DNA of 63,343 nt, counting the filler, from Octopus bimaculoides (lineage: Eukaryota): assembly GCF_001194135.2 (NCBI RefSeq). It is 6 parts of 6 records of this genome, joined end to end, with 100 filler letters (N's around TTAATTAATTAA, not from the genome) between each part and the next. Parts side by side here need not be neighbours in the genome. Positions count along the whole stretch, not along the records: positions 1 to 28,560 come from NC_068981.1; 5 more parts are not named here. One strand, 5' to 3'. Below are positions 1 to 13,631 of this stretch, in pieces. Numbering within the stretch: the first letter of the stretch is position 1; every line of letters begins with the position of its first letter. The notes beneath the pieces were generated by a model. That model saw only the letters and a list, made by a program, of their open reading frames with translations. It did no database searches and had not been told where the DNA came from. The position numbers and the translations under genes are program-made.

Positions 1-44
<44 letters not shown>
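1..44. repeat. (GT)n microsatellite
   Basis: Direct reading of the sequence. Confidence 0.98.
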
Positions 45-46
<2 letters not shown>

Positions 47-294
47 ATGCGCGTCTGCGCGTGCGTATGCGTATGCGTACATGTGTCGTTTAGCCTTTCT
101 GTAACTGTTGGGTAATATCAGTCATTATTTTTGTCTATGAGGAAATGACGGTGTTCCATTGAACCAGACATTTAAGTTTAGTTAAACATTGATTTGAAAG
201 CAAATTTGCTGTTTAATATTATATACTGGAATAATTCACTGCTTCCCTCATGTCTGGCGTAGTTACTGATGTTGTTATTACTACAAGCCTATGG

Positions 295-488
295 AAGGCG
301 GTGAGCTGGCCGAAACATAATCGTTAGCACGCCGGATTTACGCACGCGTTCAATTTTCGCCGATGTCTACTTTGCCTTTCATCTATTCACGGTCGATAAA
401 CAAAGTACCAGTTGGACACTGAGATGATGCAATCGACTTGCCTCATCCCTCAAAATTTCGGGCCTAGTAGCCATAAGTAGCAAGAATT
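295..488 (+). mobile_element. tRNA-derived SINE, family A (head ggcggcgagctggcagaatcgttagcacgccgg), degenerate
   Basis: Shares head, gtcgactttgcctttcat core and 3' part with copies at 25685-25883, 27634-28290 and 57400-57730. Confidence 0.8.
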
Positions 489-1084
489 ACAAAAACCATA
501 AGGGCGGGGCACGATCATGAGTTGTGAGGGCAAATTGCTCATGGTACTTATTTACATGTCTTTACACTCTGAATTCATATCCCACTATTAGTTCCAAATG
601 TGTGTCTTCATCGTTTCCGCATCGATGAAATAGAGTACCAATCGTCTTCTTGAATCAATTTAACCGAATGCTCAGTCGTTATTGTTTTTCAATAATTGAT
701 AGTAATGTGAATACAGCGTCGCTTGTTACATGGTAATGTATGGCAAATTCATTATTGTGGTACACGAAATATCTTTTGGATGTACAGAAATAACAAACAA
801 ACCATACACCGGCCGACTTAGAACAATCCTTCAAAAATATTAAAAAAGCAAAACTTTCCCTGCAGATCTAATTTATAATATTTCTTGAGTTAACTTTGCC
901 ATAAAACTTTTTCTGATTAAAATATATACAAGTTATGAACTATGGAATATTAATTCGGCAATTGATACTTCATATATTCCGAACATGTGTCTATGTAATA
1001 TCAGGGCCTCCACAGGATTTGCATATGAATTTGTATGCAAGGGCATCATTTTTTCATAAATGCCTTGCAGTTTCTCATGCATAC

Positions 1085-1345
1085 TAGCTCTCTTCCCCAC
1101 TTCAGAGATGTAAAACTTGGCTCCAGTGTTGTCGCACGCGTGGCCTAAGAATGGAAGGCGTCATAAGAAATGCCTTATGGATTCTGATACATTTCCTTCT
1201 CTCCATCGCCCGGCTTCCGTACATTTTATCGATACACCGAAAAGCTAGAAGTCAGGGTTAACCTCGGCAGAACTTAAACTCAAATGGCAGAGAGTCGGAA
1301 CAGATATCACAAAATAGTCTAGTCAACGTTGTAGCGGCAGTGCCA
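1085..1345 (-). mobile_element. SINE family A, very degenerate
   Basis: attttatcgatacaccgaaa...aacctcggcagaacttaaactc resembles the reverse complement of the family core. Confidence 0.55.
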
Positions 1346-1961
1346 GTCAACCATCTTTGAAGTCTATCATTGTGTTTCAAAGTAACACCGTTTGTTAAGC
1401 AATGCTGTAATGGCTAATATGATTATTACAAGCCTGAAATTTAGAACAGTTAGCTGAAAGAAGAGGCTTGATGCTTTGCAATAACATCTATCTATGCTTC
1501 CTTANNNNNNNNNNNNNNNNNNNNNNNNNNNNNNNNNNNNNNNNNNNNNNNNNNNNNNNNNNNNNNNNNNNNNNNNNNNNNNNNNNNNNNNNNNNNNNNN
1601 NNNNNNNNNNNNNNNNNNNNNNNNNNNNNNNNNNNNNNNNNNNNNNNNNNNNNNNNNNNNNNNNNNNNNNNNNNNNNNNNNNNNNNNNNNNNNNNNNNNN
1701 NNNNNNNNNNNNNNNNNNNNNNNNNNNNNNNNNNNNNNNNNNNNNNNNNNNNNNNNNNNNNNNNNNNNNNNNNNNNNNNNNNNNNNNNNNNNNNNNNNNN
1801 NNNNNNNNNNNNNNNNNNNNNNNNNNNNNNNNNNNNNNNNNNNNNNNNNNNNNNNNNNNNNNNNNNNNNNNNNNNNNNNNNNNNNNNNNNNNNNNNNNNN
1901 NNNNNNNNNNNNNNNNNNNNNNNNNNNNNNNNNNNNNNNNNNNNNNNNNNNNNNNNNNNNN

Positions 1962-1995
<34 letters not shown>

Positions 1996-2489
1996 AATGT
2001 CACCTCTTCTATGTTTTCGACTACCCTTATAATTATTACATTACACTATCTTATACAATTTTTTTCATATCTTTGTTTTCATTTTTTATCCCTTTATTTG
2101 TCTATACTTTATATGTTTCTAATATTTTTACCACCCCAAATCTTCCTTCTGTACATGAGAATAGGCAAGTGCCCATGCGCGCACACACACCAACTTGATT
2201 TCACTGGTGCAAAAAAGTACCCCCTCGCGTGCAAATATGCACTTGTATAGTTTTAAAGCTTGGCAATAAACAAACAATTTACCGAGAACTTCTACGTCCC
2301 TCAACTGACCAGAAGCATTACCTCCCGCCTCCAACTCTTTCTCCCCTTACAATTTCTTTATCTGACACCACTCCTATATCTTCTTTCCCTTTGATTCTCT
2401 TTAAATGTACTTTCAGAGTGCCATGATATATTTACTTATTTACTCTACTGTAGACGCGTAAATGACCTCAGCCTAAATTCACAAAGACA

Positions 2490-2670
2490 TTCCCCTAGCT
2501 AGCTTCAATAATATCAAATTTCCCCCTACTCGACCCCTCTCTCTGATCTTTCCGTATACTTTTCATTTACCCACTCCTTCACTGATAAGCGGAAATCGAA
2601 CTCAGAACGTAACAGCAAACGAAATAACGTTAAGCATTTCGCCTGGCGTGCTAAAGTTTCTGCCTTAACT
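2490..2670 (-). mobile_element. SINE family A 5' fragment
   Basis: gaactcagaacgt...gaaataacgttaagcatttcgcctggcgtgcta is the reverse complement of the head. Confidence 0.75.
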
Positions 2671-3519
2671 TGTGCCAATATTAGAAATCAATATTTCAAT
2701 GACGATTACTTTGTGATTTACTTTTTAGTTTTGTTGCTGTCACAATCCTGACAAAAAACTTAGTTAATTACCTCTATAATTACCATTATTAAACACAGAA
2801 CTCGTTAAATAGGAAAAAGAATAATGTTTTGTTCTTTTTTCTAGAGAAAATACAAAACTGCTTGCTTTTTTTTTTTTAATTAAACTTCTGAAATATGTAA
2901 TGACATATAAATCTTCTGCACTTTCTCTTTTCGATATCCCAAAATTTTGTACTATAAAATATAAATTTGCGAAGTAAATATTCGAATAAAATATACAGTT
3001 TGAATTTTCGGCTGCAGCAAGATACACGGATCTAATTTTTAATCTCAGCGTCGAAGCTAATGATATTCGCTGTTGAAAACTAGAATCTAGTTGTTGCTGT
3101 CTCAGCATTTTCTTTGGTGGAAGTGGTTGTGAAATTAAGCGGTTGTAATGACTGACTTATTCATGCTGATTCGATGAGTGAAAACTCCTTAAAATAAATA
3201 AATATATAAATAAAATAAAATTAGAATAAATGAAAAAAATATTTCTTGTTTTTCATTTGCTCCTATGACAGTTGTAATTATGATATTTATTTTTCCTGAT
3301 AATTATATTCCACAGCAATCAAATTTAATTAGTTAAGCAATTAGATCATAGCGTGTGGTTAACATTCTAAATATCATATTGCAGATTCGGTTCTTCTATG
3401 AAGAGAAACGAGAGAAAATACTTTGCATCACTTCCCCAATGTTAACACTTTATCCTGGTCCTTTAAAAAATATTCTATAATATTACTCGCTTTAACTGGA
3501 TTATTATCAGTTGAAGATA

Positions 3520-3883
3520 AAAATCTCTCATTAACGAGTTCGAATATTTCTTGACAATAACACTGATTTCCTAATTGAACATTTTGATTAATCACCCTTT
3601 CTTTAGCCGCACTGTAATACATTCCCATTTGTTAAGATGTCCTATGCCAATGGTCTTCCTACCGGAAATAATGGCCAATTGTCTCTCAGACATCATGCAC
3701 TCTGCTGTCTTACATATTTTTCTGGTGATACAATCTATCTGAAATCTAGTACACGTCAATTTCACATTGACTCTAAACAGGACAATTTTCACGATCTTTT
3801 AGCTCCAGAACTGAATTTTTAAGAACCTGGACCAAATTTGCCCAGAGTTACCAACTTCCATTTATGTTATAGAGACTAAATGC
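3520..3883 (-). pseudogene. Decayed TIR domain (TLR-like pseudogene A, C-terminal part)
   Basis: One frame reads AFSLYNINGSW*LWANLVQVLKNSVLELKDRENCPV*SQCEN*RVLDFR*IVSPEKYVRQQSA*CLRD. This follows the TIR motif order AFxxY..W..L..LxLxDRDxxPG....EN..IVxS..YV..WCxxE. Confidence 0.55.
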
Positions 3884-3889
3884 TTTTTG

Positions 3890-4699
3890 CACCTCTCCTT
3901 GAAAAATGCATTCTTATGGAAATTTTTTTCTTTCGGATTCCTACGTTTTAGATGTCGCAGATTACGAATATGCAGAAAAAATATTTTTTTAAAATTTCGA
4001 CCAATTAAAATTTTTGATTTTGTTTACATGAAAGATATTGTGTGGAATTGACGAACATATGCAAATCGAAATTAAACACAGACAAAAATATTAAAGTGAA
4101 AAGAATTTGAGTTTTAGTTGTGTTTGCCTTAAATAATCGTAAATATTAATTGAATGTAAATTAAATATACACCATTTTATGAGAAACAAACATTAACATC
4201 TAAATAATTAATGTTATAAAGTTTAATAAGAGGCTAAAATTTCACCTCTCCCCCAAATTTAAATCTCGAACTTTTTCATCCATTTATTTATATGTCTGTC
4301 TATCTATTTATCCCTATCCATTTATTCAAAAAATATATTTGTCAGCTAAACGTGACGGTCCTATAGAAGACGGTGTTACTGTTGTTTTTAGCCCCCAAAA
4401 GACATTCATATCTATCTATGTCTTTATACACCTATCTATATGTTTATTGAATTTAAAAGTTTCAAAACGTGGTTTCTTGCATATACGGAATCTCCGTTAT
4501 CTAACTAATATGGAGAAAAAAATTCGAAAAAGCTCAAAATTTTAAATGGCAGGGGAATGAATGGTTGTGGTATTGGTGGGGTAATTTTTTTTTTTTTGCA
4601 TATTCGTAATCTCCGACATGTAAAAAAAGAAACTTAAAAAAACAACTTTAAAATATACTTTAAAAAATTCTTTTTTAATGCATTTTTCAAGGAAAGGTG
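3890..4699. mobile_element. Non-autonomous DNA transposon or MITE with ~100-bp imperfect TIRs
   Basis: cacctctccttgaaaaatgcatt (3890) pairs with aatgcatttttcaaggaaaggtg (to 4699). gatgtcgcagattacgaatatgca pairs with tgcatattcgtaatctccgacat. No clear TSD. Confidence 0.75.
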
Positions 4700-5699
4700 T
4701 GAAACTGCATTAGCCCCATGTTGTACCTGTTATTTATTTCAGAAAATCTCTTTCCAGATTAGGCATGCTTCTTTCGTTAACCGATACATTGTACGAAAAC
4801 AAGAAAACAAAGAAGTTGAAGTGTTAGGAAAATTTTCATCATGACATATTTTCAGTGCGCGTTGTGCGTGCGGTGTGCATGTATGTGTGTGCGTGTGTGC
4901 GTGCATGTGTATGTACGCACATGTATGAGTGTGCGTGCGCGAGTGTGTGCATGAATGAGTGTATGAACGTGTGTGTTTAAGTCCTACAATGTTAAACGTC
5001 CACGTGGCCCTCTAGTAACAAGTCAATTAAATCGACACATATCAGAAGTTAGCCGCAGATATTTCAGTTCAGCTACGTCTACAGAAAATGTAAAAATTAA
5101 ATACCATAATAATAGGCACTGTGTAGTACCCGTGTCCCAATATGATGACTCAGGAATCGACCCATTATAACACTTGGCTCATTAATAATTGGCAAGATAA
5201 TACACATAATCTGCATTAAAGCAAAACTATATATTATCAAATGCCAGCTTATTTCATGCTTAGCCATGTGTTGATACATTACTGGCAGGTCATTAAAATT
5301 ATGTAATAAATGTCACTATATGCCTTATGAATTAACATCCGCCTAAGTACATGAACGATTTTTAAAAATCGAATGAAATTGAAAAAAAGAAAAATCAAAT
5401 CAAATGATATATTACTTATGTTCGCTGCTACTAGAAGAAATACCGTATGATTTTTCACTGACATGTCATTTGAAAATAGAATGATTCGTTACACCAGATA
5501 CTGTAATATATGAATTCCACAGCGAGACTGATTATAACATTATCGTTAATATAAGTTTTCATTATGCTTCATAGTGCAACTAGTGATTTGGCAAACATTA
5601 TCCACTTGACTAATCATTTTTAATGAGAAATGCGGTTTTGATTAGTCTCATTAGCTGAGTCAGTGAGACAAAGCTGTAATGATGTTCATCAACTTCCCA

Positions 5700-6560
5700 A
5701 GCAAATAAACAGACTACTAGCCAAGAAAGGAGTCAACAAAGGACCTACTAGAAACATCAGCTAAATATATTTTTCTCAAATTACTCTTAAGCCTTTTCAA
5801 AAGAAAGGATGGATACATTAGACAATGCAGACGCACACACTTGTATAAGAATTGTTAGTTGGAATGCTTCTGATCATTCAGCGTCTCCTCTATTATTGTT
5901 GACCTGCGCCTAGGTAAGAACAGTGAAATGTTCTTCCAGAGCTCTTGAAACAATAAGAGATAATGGATAATGTACTCCTACTTATACTATACCTTAAAAA
6001 CATAGGATTGTCATGATTCGAATGCTACTGATTGAACGTCAACTCAATTAGGTTTCACTTAAGGCTAAACAAAATCACCACCGACAACAACAATAGCAGC
6101 AGCAGTAACAGCAGCAGCAGTATCAGCAGTAGCAGCAGCAGCAACAACAACATTATCGGCAATCCAATCAAATAACACATTACTATCTAGAAAAAGGAGA
6201 CAGTGAATAACGTACTCCTACATTCATAGTAGTTGAAACAAACGGGACTGTCATGACTGGAATGCCGTTTATCAAGAACATGCTACTGATTGACAGAAAC
6301 TAAACAACATTTGCTATTAGTTATTGTTGTTGTCGTTAATAGGCTTACATCAGCCTTGATCAAACATTCGTAATCAAAAGCATTCGAAATTCCACCCGTG
6401 ACAACGTAGTCTTTATCTCCTAGTATATTAGCAACTATTTCCTTCTTTTTTTAAATATGTGTGATGTGTGAAATGTCTGACTGATATTTCTCGTAGAGAA
6501 ACCACACCAACGAGAGTGGTTACTCTGATGGAAATTTCAGCCATATGGCCTTTTTCCCAG
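5700..6560. repeat. Cluster of degenerate interspersed-repeat fragments around a (CAG/CAA)n tract
   Basis: gataatgtactccta...gattgtcatgattcgaatgctactgattga (~5955-6035) recurs as gaataacgtactccta...gactgtcatgactggaatg...atgctactgattga (~6200-6295). Confidence 0.55.
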
Positions 6561-7256
6561 AGATTAGAAAATAATTTTAGTGTGATATTGATAGTCCAAC
6601 CATCACGTAGAAGCTAAAACTTCGACTCATTATTGCAGGTATTACCTTATGGTGGTTTAGCCCTAGATCAATCCCCACTCCTCAGACATATAAGTTCTAA
6701 CCGGTTGTCCGTACGACTAGGTACACTTCAGCGATCCATTGTTTCAGATAAGCCGCAACACCACCTGGTAAAGGGAATACCCATACTGCGAAGTAAAACT
6801 GTATCAGTTTACCGTATACGATGCAGGAGAACTCTCTGTACGTTTCCATTCTGCAGCTAGGCTGTCTTAGCTAATATGTTAGTGATTATTCTTATGGCAG
6901 ACTCTCAATGATAACAGACGCTACAGCGTTATCAGCTCCACTGTTTCTATTTTTCAGGGTTACATTGGTCATTGTGTCATATAAGTTTTAAAGACATAGT
7001 AGTTACTTCAATACCAACTGTTTTTGCAGTTTTTGTTGCTGTTGCTGTCGCCAGAGATAAAGTTCGACTATGAAACATGAGGTAAAATAACCAGGTTTTT
7101 AAACTACAATTGTCATCAGTGATGTGCAGCACAATACAACAATGCTACATTTGAGAATGGCTATTATCTGGATTGTATAAAGGGGATTGTTTGCTCAGAA
7201 TGTTATTGCTGTTGTTGCAAACTTCATGTGATGGTTTGGAAATTTAGATTGCTCTA

Positions 7257-7775
7257 GGCGCAGGAGTGGCTGTGTGGAAAGTAGCATGGTTCTGGGTTTA
7301 GTCCCACTGCGTGCACCTTGGACAAGTGTCTTCTACCATAGCCTCGGGACGACCAAAGCCTTGTGAGTAGATTTGGTAGAGGGAAACTGAAAGAAGCCCG
7401 TTATATATATGTATATACATGTATGTGCGTGTATATGTTTGTGTGTCTGTTTGTCCCCCCCCCCCNNNNNNNNNNGACCAAAGCCTTGTGAGTAGATTTG
7501 GTAGAGGGAAACTGAAAGAAGCCCGTTATATATATGTATATACATGTATGTGCGTGTATATGTTTGTGTGTCTGTTTGTCCCCCTCCCCCCCAACATCGC
7601 TTGACAACCGATGCTGGTGTGTTTACGTCCCCGTAACTTAGCGGTTCGGCAAAAGAGAGACCGATAGAATAAGTACTAGGCTTACAAAGAATAAGTCCTG
7701 GCTCGATTTGCTCGACTAAATGTGATGCTCCAGCATGGCCGCAGTCAAATGACTGAAACAAGTAAAAGAGTAAAT
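7257..7775 (+). mobile_element. tRNA-derived SINE, family B (head ggcgcaggagtggctgtgtgg, tail gtaaaagag)
   Basis: Near full-length copy with CpGs retained; the internal duplication across a 10-N gap is probably an artefact. Confidence 0.92.
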
Positions 7776-8223
7776 GAGTAGTGGCTGGAGTGATTCTTTA
7801 TAGAGTGTTAGTTATGCTAGAGCTTGTGAGAGCTGATCTTGTTGCAACAACTTGTGTTGCCATTCTAATAATTTATATCCTTAGCATACATCAGGGAGTT
7901 TTTGCTTTGATTCACATGATTGTCTCCTGTTGAACAAATTATTAAATTAAATGAGACATTTTGTTTTCGTTACAGCTATAATTTTAAGTAGTTATACCAT
8001 TTCTTTAGCTCTCTACAAACATATGAAACATCTTTATAAAGCTTATAAATTTTTAGTGCTGCTGTTTCTCCATATACCAATGTCTTTGAATTGGGAATTT
8101 AATATAAATTATTTTAGTATGTGTTCAGAAAGAAAATGAATTTAGTGAATATACATGGAAGTATATGCATAAAAACACACATGCATACGTATACATGTGT
8201 TGGAATATATGTATATACAATGA

Positions 8224-8352
<129 letters not shown>

Positions 8353-9322
8353 AGAAAATATATAAATTGACTTGCAGAGAAAGAAAGCTAGAAAAACACG
8401 TTTTATTCGCTTATTACTCAAACTAAATTATACAATATACTCTTCACCTGGTGGAATTTTTTGTCGACTAGCACGGGTAGAAACTGAGAGTAACGCTGAC
8501 GCATTTAGTACTATAAACTGGTGTACTGTATATTATCGTATACAGTATTCTTATTCGAATTTTCTTTAAAAAAGATCACTTCGTTTTCAATGGTTTTCAC
8601 CTTTTGAGCAGAGTTCATTATTAAAGCAAATGACACCTATTTTTCTGCACTACAAACATTATCTTAACTAAACAGGTTGTGTAGTTCACTATACCAAGTA
8701 TAAATCTATAACTTACTGCAAACAAGCGTTTAAATAAGAAACTTAAAATGTCGGAGATCTTCAGTACTGAAATGAGCGTTTGACATGGAGTCTGAAAAAA
8801 ATAACTTTTCATAACACGCAACATTTTGCTGAGGCGTAACTTATAAATTTTTACTGCAGTTGCTGCCCAAATTCCAAAGAGAAAGAGAGAGAGATAGAGA
8901 GAATGAGCTTTAGTTCTTAGTTAGAATCGGCTTCACTTCTATAACAAGAATTCAAAGTTTTAAAACAAAAACGGGTATATTCGTGTGTATGTAAAAGTGT
9001 GTTATGCACATGAATCTGACGTGATTGCTCCGTGTTTTTGGTACATTAATGAAGTAATTGATTCCCAGAATTCACAGATCTATTCTATATCATTTCTTAG
9101 ATATTCGTGTTTTGTTTCAGTCGCTCCACTTGCTTATGAATACGTTACTGAGAAATAATTAATTGGATCACTATTTGGCAGCTGCAGATATTGAGAGAAG
9201 GAATAACGAAGAGAGTGAGAGAGAGAGGGGGAGGAGGGAGAGAGAGAATAAAAAGAAAAATGAACAGATAAGAGAAAGAAATAGAAATTTAGAGGAGGTC
9301 GAAAGAGAGAGAGAAAGAAAAA

Positions 9323-9372
<50 letters not shown>

Positions 9373-9759
9373 NNNNNNNNNNNNNNNNNNNNNNNNNNNN
9401 NNNNNNNNNNNNNNNNNNNNNNNNNNNNNNNNNNNNNNNNNNNNNNNNNNNNNNNNNNNNNNNNNNNNNNNNNNNNNNNNNNNNNNNNNNNNNNNNNNNN
9501 NNNNNNNNNNNNNNNNNNNNNNNNNNNNNNNNNNNNNNNNNNNNNNNNNNNNNNNNNNNNNNNNNNNNNNNNNNNNNNNNNNNNNNNNNNNNNNNNNNNN
9601 NNNNNNNNNNNNNNNNNNNNNNNNNNNNNNNNNNNNNNNNNNNNNNNNNNNNNNNNNNNNNNNNNNNNNNNNNNNNNNNNNNNNNNNNNNNNNNNNNNNN
9701 TATATATTTAGCGTATTCTTATCAACAGGTGACAGCATAAATATAGGCAAAAACTCAGT

Positions 9760-10250
9760 CTGTCTGCTGCGTGAATATATGTATATTTAGTGAAAAAAGT
9801 CAACGCATAAGGGCGGCTCTCAGTGTCATTGCCGTAACAGAATAAATGGTGATGCATTCACTGTTCTGCAACATTGAAATATGAGATCTAACACGTAAGC
9901 AATAAATTTCCAATAAAGATGGTACAGGTCTGATGAATCAATGTTGCAGAACACCGATTATATTACCACTTATTCGGCTACTGCAAAGAAAATGTCATTC
10001 ATGCTTACATCTTAGAACTTCTGTGCGGTAACAGACACATTTGCACATAATATACCCACGTACGAGGAAATGCTGAAAAGGTTCTGGCTTTAAGGGTCTC
10101 GTGAGATGCCTGGCTGGAGGCCCAAATTTCCGAGTTTCTAAAAGGCTTAGAAAAACTGAAGGACAGTTGCAATAAGTGAGTGAATCAGAGAGGGGAATAT
10201 GTTTAACACAACTGATCCTCCTGTGTGTCTTATTTTTACCCAAAGTCGAG
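9760..10250 (-). pseudogene. LRR / LRR-CT / LRR-NT-like coding remnant
   Basis: Track ORF tail ISCVKHIPLSDSLTYCNCPSVFL fits IxLxxNxxxCxC spacing and is followed by CKCVCYRTEVLRC, an LRR-NT-like cysteine cluster. Confidence 0.4.
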
Positions 10251-10299
10251 AACTTTTCAGCACCCCATGGTACATAAATACAAACATATGCACTCATAT

Positions 10300-10420
10300 G
10301 CGCGCGCGCACGCATGCACGCTTGCACGCACACATTCACACACACACACACACACACACGCACACACACGCACACGCACACACACACACACGCGCACGCA
10401 CACACACACANNNNNNNNNN

Positions 10421-10475
<55 letters not shown>
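10300..10475. repeat. (CA)n microsatellite containing a gap
   Basis: Direct reading of the sequence. Confidence 0.97.
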
Positions 10476-10476
<1 letters not shown>

Positions 10477-10594
10477 TATACTTTTACATGTTTCAGTAAT
10501 TAGAAAATGGTCATTTTGTGGCGAAGCTTAGATAGATTAAGACGATCAGATAGCCACACCATTACACCCACCTATACTCATTTTCTGACGCCCG

Positions 10595-10690
10595 ATACGT
10601 GTTCTATCGTTCTTTTAGTTGAACTGCTAAGTTACGGGGACGCAAACAAGTTGACAGCAATTGTGAAGCGATGGGAAGACAAACACACAC
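10595..10690 (-). mobile_element. SINE family B 3' fragment
   Basis: gaactgctaagttacggggacgcaaac matches the reverse complement of the 7600-7680 segment. Confidence 0.8.
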
Positions 10691-10749
10691 TGAAAAATAA
10701 ACACGCGAACACATAGTTACATATATATATACACATATATATATTTTTT

Positions 10750-13578
10750 GGGAGGCACACAAATAAAGCTAAAAATAATAGAATGCAAATATTGGGTTGA
10801 AAACCTGCTGGATTATAAAAAGGGCCGAAAACTGCTTCTGAGACTAGAACACATATCTGTTTGTAAACATGATAGTCCCTTTACCATTGTACCAAAGCAA
10901 TCCTTCGAATTTCGATACCTTTTTTAATAGCATTATTTTTTTCAGCGAGAATTGTACGTTGTTGCCGTCAAAAGACTTTTAGTAAGAATTGGCTCACTAC
11001 TATCGAAAATTTATGAAATTTTATGACGTCAGCATCATGTATTTATACATATGTACGTACATACATCTACCTATAGACAGACACACACGCACACATGCGC
11101 GTTCACATGTACACATATTTATATATTCATTTATATATCATTTTCTAAAATATTAATTATGTATGTCTGTTTTCTATGCGTATGTCTAAATCTAACCAGC
11201 GCAGTTAAGAATATTTATATCCTGATTCGACCAACGAGCTCTATATCTTTCAATTCGGAATTTTTGCTATGATGAAGGCTTTACATTTACTTGACATTGT
11301 TAAGAGTTATACTACGAGAACAATATGTAAAAATAGGTGAATAAACATTTAATCTTAACGGTAAATATAATAGCTGACATTATCACATTAGTAAACTTTT
11401 ACTTTCGCCAAACCTCTTGCATTCAATAAGTTTGGTTATAAATTATTAAAGCTTTGTGTTGTAATCTTTGACTTCATTACTACTGATATTCTGAAGAGTT
11501 TTTTCAGTGATTTATCGCAGATTTACAGAGAACGGAATCGAATCTAAGAGATTCATTGTTTTATTTGCATCCACAAAATTTCACAGTTTTCGTATAAGTT
11601 GCCCAACGTATATCTAGTAGTTTTAAAGCTGAGCTCAATTACCGTTTTGGAATGAACTTATACAATATCATCAACAAATGAATAGCCTTCGTGATAACTT
11701 TTCAGAACACAGCCTTAATGTTGTTTCATTCCATATGAATGCTAGTCGAATGACAATCCATAGTTTGTAACGATTAAGTTCAACAATGTGTAACATTTAA
11801 CACGTCAATCACATTTAAGAGGTGGGTGATATAATACAAATTATTGTGTCACATATTGAAGGATTCATTATATAATACTTTATATGCGTTATACAATAAC
11901 TTTCCCGCAGAACTTTTACTTCAACCCCTATCTTTGAAAATCATCAGCATGCTGGAATTCATCGTAACATGTTATCGAATATAATCAGTATGATATCATG
12001 AAAGTTTTAGGGGAACTTATAAGTCCATTATCTCAAATGATCCATGAATTACTAAAACATAAGCCACTTTTGATAGATTAAGCTAGATTGAAAGAAAATT
12101 CTCTTCTTCGAGCACAACTACTATCGACTCCAATGTTGTTTAGTATTTACTTCACCTGTGCCCAAATTGGGAATTTTATATTTAACAGAAAGCGAGTTTT
12201 ACTCCTATTTTTACTGTATTCAATCTGACATAAGAGTGGTCATCTAGAGATCAACATTTTAAGTGAAGTATTCTTTTGTAATGATCATCAAGAAATGCGT
12301 TAGGCAAACTTTGGGAATAGCAAAGCTAACTTTAACATCAAGAAGTTCATGCATGCACAGCTATAAGTAGGTTGCGTTTAAAGATTATTTCCCATTTTAA
12401 TTCCTCTCAAGGAAGTAAGCCTGTCGAGATACATTCTTAAGAGGAAGCCTAAACCATAACTTGAATTGTGTATAAACTTTTCGATTAACATCAAGAAATA
12501 TGTGCACAGATTTAAAATAAGATGTGTTATTCCCCTATCGGGAAGGGGAGACCGAATTTGTAAATAATCAAATTTGCCCAGGGAAGCTGTATAATCAACT
12601 CGTGTAAAGTATAAAATATTATAAATATCTCTGTCAAAGGAGTGAAGCACGAGATTGTCTCAGAAATCTGAACATGCACTATGAATTAGATTTTCTTGGT
12701 ATATCTTCAGTATAGAGATCTGACGCTGTACATTATGCGTTCAAGTCTCACCGATGTCAAATTTGCCTGTCATTCTTCCGGATTGATAAAATAAAATACT
12801 AGTCAAGTACTGAGTTCGCAGCTATTAAATGATACCCTTGCCTCCAATTTGGTAACCTTTTGCGTATATGCGAAACTATTCACTATATTTACTTCATTTT
12901 TATTCAGTATAAAAACCGGGTTCACTACACACCGATTTCAAATCCGGTCGAAGTCAGGTTCCAATAAATAAAAATACGAGTTATAATCTATTTAATCAAC
13001 GATACAATGGCACCACAATTTCTGGACCTGTACCTACGTTAGAAACTATCACAAAGTTAGGTGAATTGCAGATTTTACTTCAGTTATTTATGCTTTGATT
13101 TTAGATTCCATCGATGCCAACTCTGGCTTCAATCTTTCTGAAGATGATAAAATTAAGTAAAAATCAAGTATTGTGATCAATAGTATGGATTAACACCTTT
13201 CTCGTCAAAGCAAATATTTTCAGTGTCGGAGGTACACGGATTATTAGAATCGGTTCATCATTAAAGGATATACACTGCAGTGTCTTTTTATCAGTTCAGA
13301 TTCCACTTACGTCGATTTTGTGTTTCAGCCATTCTGACATCCATAAACTGAATAGCTGTCACGTGATGAGATTATGTAATTGCTTGTTTCTTCTTCTAAA
13401 ATAAATGTCTGTTAGGTTATAGCAGATTGATATAGATACATTGATATATACGTGCATATGTGTGTATTTCTGCATACATACATACATNNNNNNNNNNNNN
13501 NNNNNNNNNNNNNNNNNNNNNNNNNNNNNNNNNNNNNNNNNNNNNNNNNNNNNNNNNNNNNNNNNNNNNNNNNNNNNN

Positions 13579-13631
<53 letters not shown>

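Noticed and set aside
3592-3840. Transposase reading of the 3592-3792 ORF
   Set aside because: No DDE motif was found; an alternative frame fits TIR motif spacing better.
5609-5647. gactaatca/tgattagtc hairpin as a pre-miRNA
   Set aside because: Only 9 bp pair and the stem does not extend.
7353-7590. Internal tandem duplication in a SINE (also 34509-34636)
   Set aside because: Near-identical copies flank a 10-N gap, typical of unmerged overlapping contig ends.
9929-9995. CTGATGA...GAAA as a hammerhead (similar lone cores at ~7115 and ~45940)
   Set aside because: No pairable stems I-III.
10018-10176. Plus-strand exon ending at aa|GTGAGT
   Set aside because: All frames from the nearest good acceptor contain stops; the minus-strand LRR-cap reading explains the sequence better.
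13061-13104. GT..AG intron joining two short open frames
   Set aside because: 44 nt is implausibly short and the peptide has no recognisable features.
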